Of a DNA stretch of 64,000 nucleotides, positions 59,265 to 64,000 are shown piece by piece. The position numbers were made by a program, and so were the translations under genes. Location: the NCBI GenBank assembly GCA_963820825.1, contig CAWGBN010000006.1, forward strand, positions 384,001-448,000. The letters are read 5' to 3'. The notes under the pieces were generated by a model that made no database searches, was not told where the DNA came from, and saw nothing but the letters and a program-made list of their open reading frames with translations. Source of the stretch: Vulcanimicrobiota bacterium (GTDB taxonomy: Bacteria; Vulcanimicrobiota; Vulcanimicrobiia; Vulcanimicrobiales; Vulcanimicrobiaceae). The stretch's first letter is position 1; each line of letters opens with the position of its first letter.

Positions 59265-61313
59265 ATGCTTGCTGCATTTACGCTCGCTCAGATTCTCAAC
59301 TACCCGTTTCCGGAGGCGCTCGTCGGCGACCAGCGGGGAACCGCGATCGCCTATACCCTCGTCCAGCAGGGAGTCCGAACGCTCTGGTTCGCGCGCTCGC
59401 CGCAGTGGGCACCGGTGCAGCTCTTTTCGTCGGGCGGCGACGACGGCCAAGAGATCAGCAACCTGGTCATCTCCAACGACGACGCCCACGTCGTCTACGT
59501 GCGCGGCGGCGACCACGACGCGAATTGGCCGCAGCCGTTGCAGCCCGGCCCGGCGGCGATGCCGCAGCAGCCCGAGATGCAGGTCTGGTCGATCGCGACG
59601 AACGGCGGCGCGCCCAAGCTGATCGGCGACGGCGACGCGCCCGCGATCTCGCCCGATGCAACGCGCGTCGCGTTTACCGCCGACGGCGCCGTGATGATCG
59701 CGCCGATCGATGGAAGCGTTGCCGCGAAGCGGCTCTTCTTCGATCGAGGGCAGGATTCGGATCTGCACTGGTCGCCGGACGGATCGGCCCTGGCGTTCGT
59801 ATCGGCGCGCACCGACCATAGCTTCATCGCGATCTATCGCAACGATCCAACCCCGCTCGACTTCATCGCGCCCACGACCTCGCAGGATTTCATGCCGCGC
59901 TGGTCGCCCGACGGCACGCGCGTTGCCTTCATTCGAATCCACGGCGACGGCGGAGCGCCGCAGAACCCGCTCGACTGGAATCCGACCCCGTGGGAGATTT
60001 GGGTCGGCGACGCGCGGGGCGCAGCGCAACGCGTTTGGTCGAGCGGCGATACGCCGCGTGCGTCTTTGCCGCAGAGCGCCGGCGGTCCGTTCTTGGAGTG
60101 GGCCGCGGGTGACCGGCTCGTCTTCAAGAGCGAACGAGACAACTGGCTGCATCTGTACGCCGTCGCAGCGAGCGGCGGAAGCGCGCGATTACTGACGCCC
60201 GGCGATTTCATGGTCGAAGACGTCTCGGTCGCGCCGGATCGAAACTCGATCGTCTACTCGGCGAATACCGGATCGACGGTTGGCGACGACGATCGGCGCC
60301 ACGTCTTCCGCGTCGACGTCGAGAGCGCAACGAACACGCCGCTGGCGATCGGTGCGAGCAGCGAGACGAATCCCGTCGCTTTAGCCGGCGGTGACGTCGC
60401 ATTCAATCGTGCGACGGCGCAGCAGCCGCTGCTCGTGACGTTGCTTTCGGGCGGCTCGCAGCGTGCGCTCGACGCAAATCTGCTTGCAAGCGACTTTCCC
60501 TCGTCGCAGCTCGTGACGCCGCAAGAGGTCTCGTTTCGCGCCGCGGACGGAACGTTGGTACACGGTCAGATCTTCGCGCCAAGCGGCGGCGGCAAACATC
60601 CGGGCATCGTCTTCGTGCACGGTGGTCCGGTGCGTCAGATGCTGCTGACCTGGCATTACATGGATTACTACTCGAACGCATACGCCGTGAATCAGTACCT
60701 GGCGAGCCGCGGATTCGTCGTGCTCGCGGTCAACTACCGGCTCGGAATCGGCTACGGCCACGACTTCAACTATCCGCCGCAGTGGGGGCCGACGGGTGCC
60801 TCGGAGTATCAAGACGTCGTCGCCGGCGCGCGCTTTCTCCAACGCGATTCCCGCGTCGATCCGAAACGCATCGGCATCTGGGGCGGTTCCTATGGCGGAT
60901 ACCTCACCGCGCTCGCCCTCGCGCGAAACTCCGACATCTTCAAGACCGGAGTAGACTACCACGGCGTTCACGACTGGTCGCTCGATATCGACAATCCGGT
61001 TTGGGGCTTCCAGCAGCTCAAGCGGTACCAGCAATACGACGCCAAAGCGATGATGAGGCTCGCTTGGGAATCGTCGCCCGATTCGGCGATCGCCACGTGG
61101 AAATCGCCGGTTTTGCTGATTCAAGGCGACGACGACCGCAACGTCGAGTTCCATCAAATGGTCGATCTCGTCGAGCGGCTGCGCGCCGCACATGTTCCCT
61201 TCGAGCAGATCGTGATCCCCAACGAAATTCACGGTTTTCTGCGGTACGAAGCGTGGCTGGAGGCCGATACGGCGACCGCCGAGTATCTCGCTCGCGAGTT
61301 CTCGGCCCGGTAA
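59265..61313 (+). CDS. S9 family peptidase (dipeptidyl peptidase/acylaminoacyl peptidase-like) with PD40 propeller
   Basis: WSPDG repeats; VHGGP, GIWGGSYGG (Ser), QGDDDRNV (Asp), EIHGF (His). Confidence 0.9.
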   Translation: MLAAFTLAQILNYPFPEALVGDQRGTAIAYTLVQQGVRTLWFARSPQWAPVQLFSSGGDDGQEISNLVISNDDAHVVYVRGGDHDANWPQPLQPGPAAMPQQPEMQVWSIATNGGAPKLIGDGDAPAISPDATRVAFTADGAVMIAPIDGSVAAKRLFFDRGQDSDLHWSPDGSALAFVSARTDHSFIAIYRNDPTPLDFIAPTTSQDFMPRWSPDGTRVAFIRIHGDGGAPQNPLDWNPTPWEIWVGDARGAAQRVWSSGDTPRASLPQSAGGPFLEWAAGDRLVFKSERDNWLHLYAVAASGGSARLLTPGDFMVEDVSVAPDRNSIVYSANTGSTVGDDDRRHVFRVDVESATNTPLAIGASSETNPVALAGGDVAFNRATAQQPLLVTLLSGGSQRALDANLLASDFPSSQLVTPQEVSFRAADGTLVHGQIFAPSGGGKHPGIVFVHGGPVRQMLLTWHYMDYYSNAYAVNQYLASRGFVVLAVNYRLGIGYGHDFNYPPQWGPTGASEYQDVVAGARFLQRDSRVDPKRIGIWGGSYGGYLTALALARNSDIFKTGVDYHGVHDWSLDIDNPVWGFQQLKRYQQYDAKAMMRLAWESSPDSAIATWKSPVLLIQGDDDRNVEFHQMVDLVERLRAAHVPFEQIVIPNEIHGFLRYEAWLEADTATAEYLAREFSAR

Positions 61314-61385
61314 CTCACCGAGGGAATGCCGGGCGGGGGTCGCCTTCCACCCCGCGTTGAATCCAAATGCATGGCTGCGTATGGC

Positions 61386-62813
61386 ATGCGACGCATCGCC
61401 GTTGTCGCCGCCGCAACGGTCTGGTGCGTCTTGCGCACGGCGAACGCCGGCTCGGCACAACCGCTGACGCTGCAACAGACCGTCTCTTACGCAATGGGAC
61501 ACAATGCGACGATCGCGGCGAAGCACGCGGCGCTCGCGCAAGCGGAATCGAACTACACCCGCCAGCGCGCGACCGAATACCCGCCGGTCGTAGCGAGTCT
61601 GCAGAACCTTCTCGCCAAGCAGAATAACTACGCCGGTCCGTTAGCGCAATACGGAGTCGTCCCGGTTACGAACTTCTCGCAGAACACCGCGCAGGTCGGG
61701 ACGCAGTGGACGCTCTACAACGGATCGCTCAACCAGATCCTCACGCAACAGAACTACCGGCAAGTCGAAGCCGCGCGCGCCGACCTGCGGCAGACCCAGA
61801 TGGAGACGACCTCCAAGCTCGTAGCGATGTTCTTTGCGATTGCGAACTGGCAGCATCTGTACGATCTCGCGCAAGCAAATCTCGTCTATCAGCAGGCGTT
61901 GCTCGCCGTCGCGCAAGCGAAGGAGAAGGCCGGTCTGGTCGCCGGCGTCGACGTGCTGCGCGCCGAGGTCGGCGTCGACCAGACCCAGGTAGCCCTGCTC
62001 AACACGCAATCGGATCGCGAGACCGCGACCGAATCGCTCGCGCAGACAATCGGCGCCGGTCTCGAGACGACCTTCGCCGTCCCGTCGGTGCTGCCGCAGC
62101 CGCCGCTGCCGCCCGGAACGAATTCGGCGCTAGTCGAGATTGCCGAACGAAACCGCCCCGAGGTTGCCGCCGCGACCGCGAGCTTGGCGATCGCACAGCT
62201 TTCGCGCGCGAGCATCGATACCGATCTGCTGCCGCAGGTCAACGTCTACGCTTCCTTCGGCAACCAAACGTCGCCGACGAGCTACGTCGACGAGCAGACG
62301 CAGATCAATGCGCTCAACCAGGCCTGTGCGCCATATCCGAATCAGATCCAATGCATCGGCTTCCCGTTCGCGAACGTAACGCGCGGCACGCCGGGCTTCT
62401 GGAACATCGGTGCGACCTCGACCCTCTCGCTGCCGATCGTCGACTACGGCACGCGTGCCGCCGCGCACCGTTCGGCGAATCAATCGATTGAATCGGCGCA
62501 GCTCGCACTGGACTCGGCAAAGACGGCGACCCAAGAGGACGTCCTGCAATCGCTTCGGCAAGCGCAGACCGCGCGCGAGTCGCTCTCGTATCAGCAAGCG
62601 GCGGCGAAGCTGGGTGCCGAAGCGGCGCGGATTGCCCAGCTTCAGTACGACAGCGGGCTCATCTCGCTCACCGATACCAAGGCGGCGCAGGCGACCTCGC
62701 TCCAGGCGCAGGCCGATTCGTTCGGCGCGCAGATCGAATACATCAACGCCGTGGTCAAACTTCGCGCTGCGCTCGGAGCCTTCGATCCCATGGCGGCGGT
62801 TGCGGATCTCTGA
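61386..62813 (+). CDS. TolC family outer membrane efflux protein
   Basis: Signal peptide; LTLQQTVSYAMGHN, WTLYNG, AGLVAGVDVLRAE, NRPEV, LSLPIVDYG, QYDSGLISLTD. Start could also be 61371. Confidence 0.85.
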   Translation: MRRIAVVAAATVWCVLRTANAGSAQPLTLQQTVSYAMGHNATIAAKHAALAQAESNYTRQRATEYPPVVASLQNLLAKQNNYAGPLAQYGVVPVTNFSQNTAQVGTQWTLYNGSLNQILTQQNYRQVEAARADLRQTQMETTSKLVAMFFAIANWQHLYDLAQANLVYQQALLAVAQAKEKAGLVAGVDVLRAEVGVDQTQVALLNTQSDRETATESLAQTIGAGLETTFAVPSVLPQPPLPPGTNSALVEIAERNRPEVAAATASLAIAQLSRASIDTDLLPQVNVYASFGNQTSPTSYVDEQTQINALNQACAPYPNQIQCIGFPFANVTRGTPGFWNIGATSTLSLPIVDYGTRAAAHRSANQSIESAQLALDSAKTATQEDVLQSLRQAQTARESLSYQQAAAKLGAEAARIAQLQYDSGLISLTDTKAAQATSLQAQADSFGAQIEYINAVVKLRAALGAFDPMAAVADL

Positions 62814-64000
62814 TGGATAATCGGCGCAAGGCAGCGATTGCAATCGGCGCGGTGCTTGCGCTCGCACTCGTCGTCGCGTTCTTCAATTTGCGCCGAGCGG
62901 CGCGCAGCGTGCCCGTTCTGACGGTCGGCTACGCGCCCTTCACCATCGGCTTGCCGGAGAGCGGCGTCATTCAATACCCTCAGATCCAGACGATATCGAG
63001 CCAGATCGCGGGCAACGTCGGGCGGATCTACGTTCGCATGGGCGACCGCGTCGTCGCCGGCCAGCTGCTCGCGACGCTTGAGAATCCGCAAGCGCTCGCC
63101 AACGCGCAGAGCACTGCGGCGGCGTACCGCTCCGCCGTCGCCAAAGCGGAGAGCGCTACCGTGACCGGTGGCTCGAACGTAGTGCAGGCGCAAGCGAATC
63201 TCGCGACGGCGCGAGCGCGGCTCGTCCAGGCGCAGCAAGACCTCGCCAACGGCGTGCAGTCCGGACTCGGCTACGGCGAGACGACCGCCGCGAATGAGAT
63301 CGCCGCGGCCGACGCGAACCTGCTCACCGCCTCGACGAATCTCCGCGAAGCGCGCCGCATCTATTTCGCCTACCGCGGTCTCTACGCCAACAAAGCCGTC
63401 TCGCACGATCAGCTCGATCAAACCGAGGCGAAGTACGAAGAGGCGCAGGCGCAGTACGATCAAGCGCGTTCCGCGCGCGCGGCGCTCGGCTCGCAGTTGA
63501 CGGGTTCGAAGGCGGTGCTTGAGGGAAACCTCCGCTCCGCACGCGAGGGCTACGCGCAGGCGCAGGCGCAACTGGCGGCCGCGCAGGTGGAGTCGGGCAG
63601 CGGCGACGTCGCGGCAGCGCGCGCTGAGGCGGAGCGCGCCGGCTCGGAGTATGCGCTCGCGCGCGAGCAGGCCGATGCGATGCACATTCACGCACCGTAC
63701 GATGCGACCGTCTTGAGCGTTGCATCGGAGAAGAACGATCCGCTTCGGCCGCTGCAGTCCGGCGACGCGGTCGAAGCGGGGCAGCCGCTCTTGACGCTCG
63801 CTGGCCAGCGCGGATTCGTGGTGCGCACGCGCGTCGACGAGCAGGATATCGTCGGCGTTGCACTCGGGCAGCGCGTGCAGATTAGCGGCGACGACTTTCC
63901 GGGACGCTCGCTGACCGGCCGCGTCGTCGAGATCTCCCCGATCGCTCAGCGCTCGGGCGATGCGGCGGCCTCGGCGCGTACCGTCGCGACGACGATCGCG
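62813..64000 (+). CDS. Efflux RND/ABC transporter periplasmic adaptor (HlyD/MFP family), runs off the window end
   Basis: Manual translation from ATG 62813 (TGATG overlap): MDNRRKAAIAIGAVLALALVVAFF...ISSQIAGNVGRIYVRMGDRVVAGQLLATLEN, long Ala/Gln helical hairpin, IHAPYDATV, GDAVEAGQPL, VDEQDIVGVALGQRV. Confidence 0.88.
   Translation, partial: MDNRRKAAIAIGAVLALALVVAFFNLRRAARSVPVLTVGYAPFTIGLPESGVIQYPQIQTISSQIAGNVGRIYVRMGDRVVAGQLLATLENPQALANAQSTAAAYRSAVAKAESATVTGGSNVVQAQANLATARARLVQAQQDLANGVQSGLGYGETTAANEIAAADANLLTASTNLREARRIYFAYRGLYANKAVSHDQLDQTEAKYEEAQAQYDQARSARAALGSQLTGSKAVLEGNLRSAREGYAQAQAQLAAAQVESGSGDVAAARAEAERAGSEYALAREQADAMHIHAPYDATVLSVASEKNDPLRPLQSGDAVEAGQPLLTLAGQRGFVVRTRVDEQDIVGVALGQRVQISGDDFPGRSLTGRVVEISPIAQRSGDAAASARTVATTIA

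Overview
A gene-dense, GC-rich bacterial chromosomal segment with about 50 CDSs. I found no rRNA, tRNA, CRISPR array, transposase or prophage gene. The gene mix suggests a diderm soil bacterium, probably Ca. Eremiobacterota/Vulcanimicrobiota; this is inference only. It combines phosphoesterase and Gly-rich lipoproteins, a Cys-rich TonB-dependent receptor, TolC, VPS10/BNR proteins and S10/S9 peptidases with Firmicutes-like yqeK-rsfS and leuS/comEA/comEC genes. Housekeeping genes: nadA (partial), leuS, gyrA, trxA, tsaE-tsaB-rimI-yqeK-rsfS, selA, selB, clpB, an Fpg/Nei glycosylase and a heavily frameshifted ATP-dependent DNA ligase. Main points of interest: (1) A putative polyamine-utilisation locus: TonB receptor plus Tat-exported flavin amine oxidase, divergent from gabT-patA-aldehyde dehydrogenase. 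Its patA gene has no canonical start for the conserved N-terminus and lies in frame behind the gabT UGA, implying AUU initiation, a +1 frameshift from a 6-codon overlapping uORF, readthrough, or a one-base error. (2) An orphan ~200-nt structured RNA with promoter, operator-like palindromes and mutually exclusive terminator/antiterminator, upstream of an OPT peptide transporter (riboswitch candidate). (3) A REP-like palindromic repeat inserted in frame, and nested, in LeuRS and in a lipoprotein. (4) A collapsed OGFr-domain gene remnant and two small ORFs that the ORF track misses or mis-starts.
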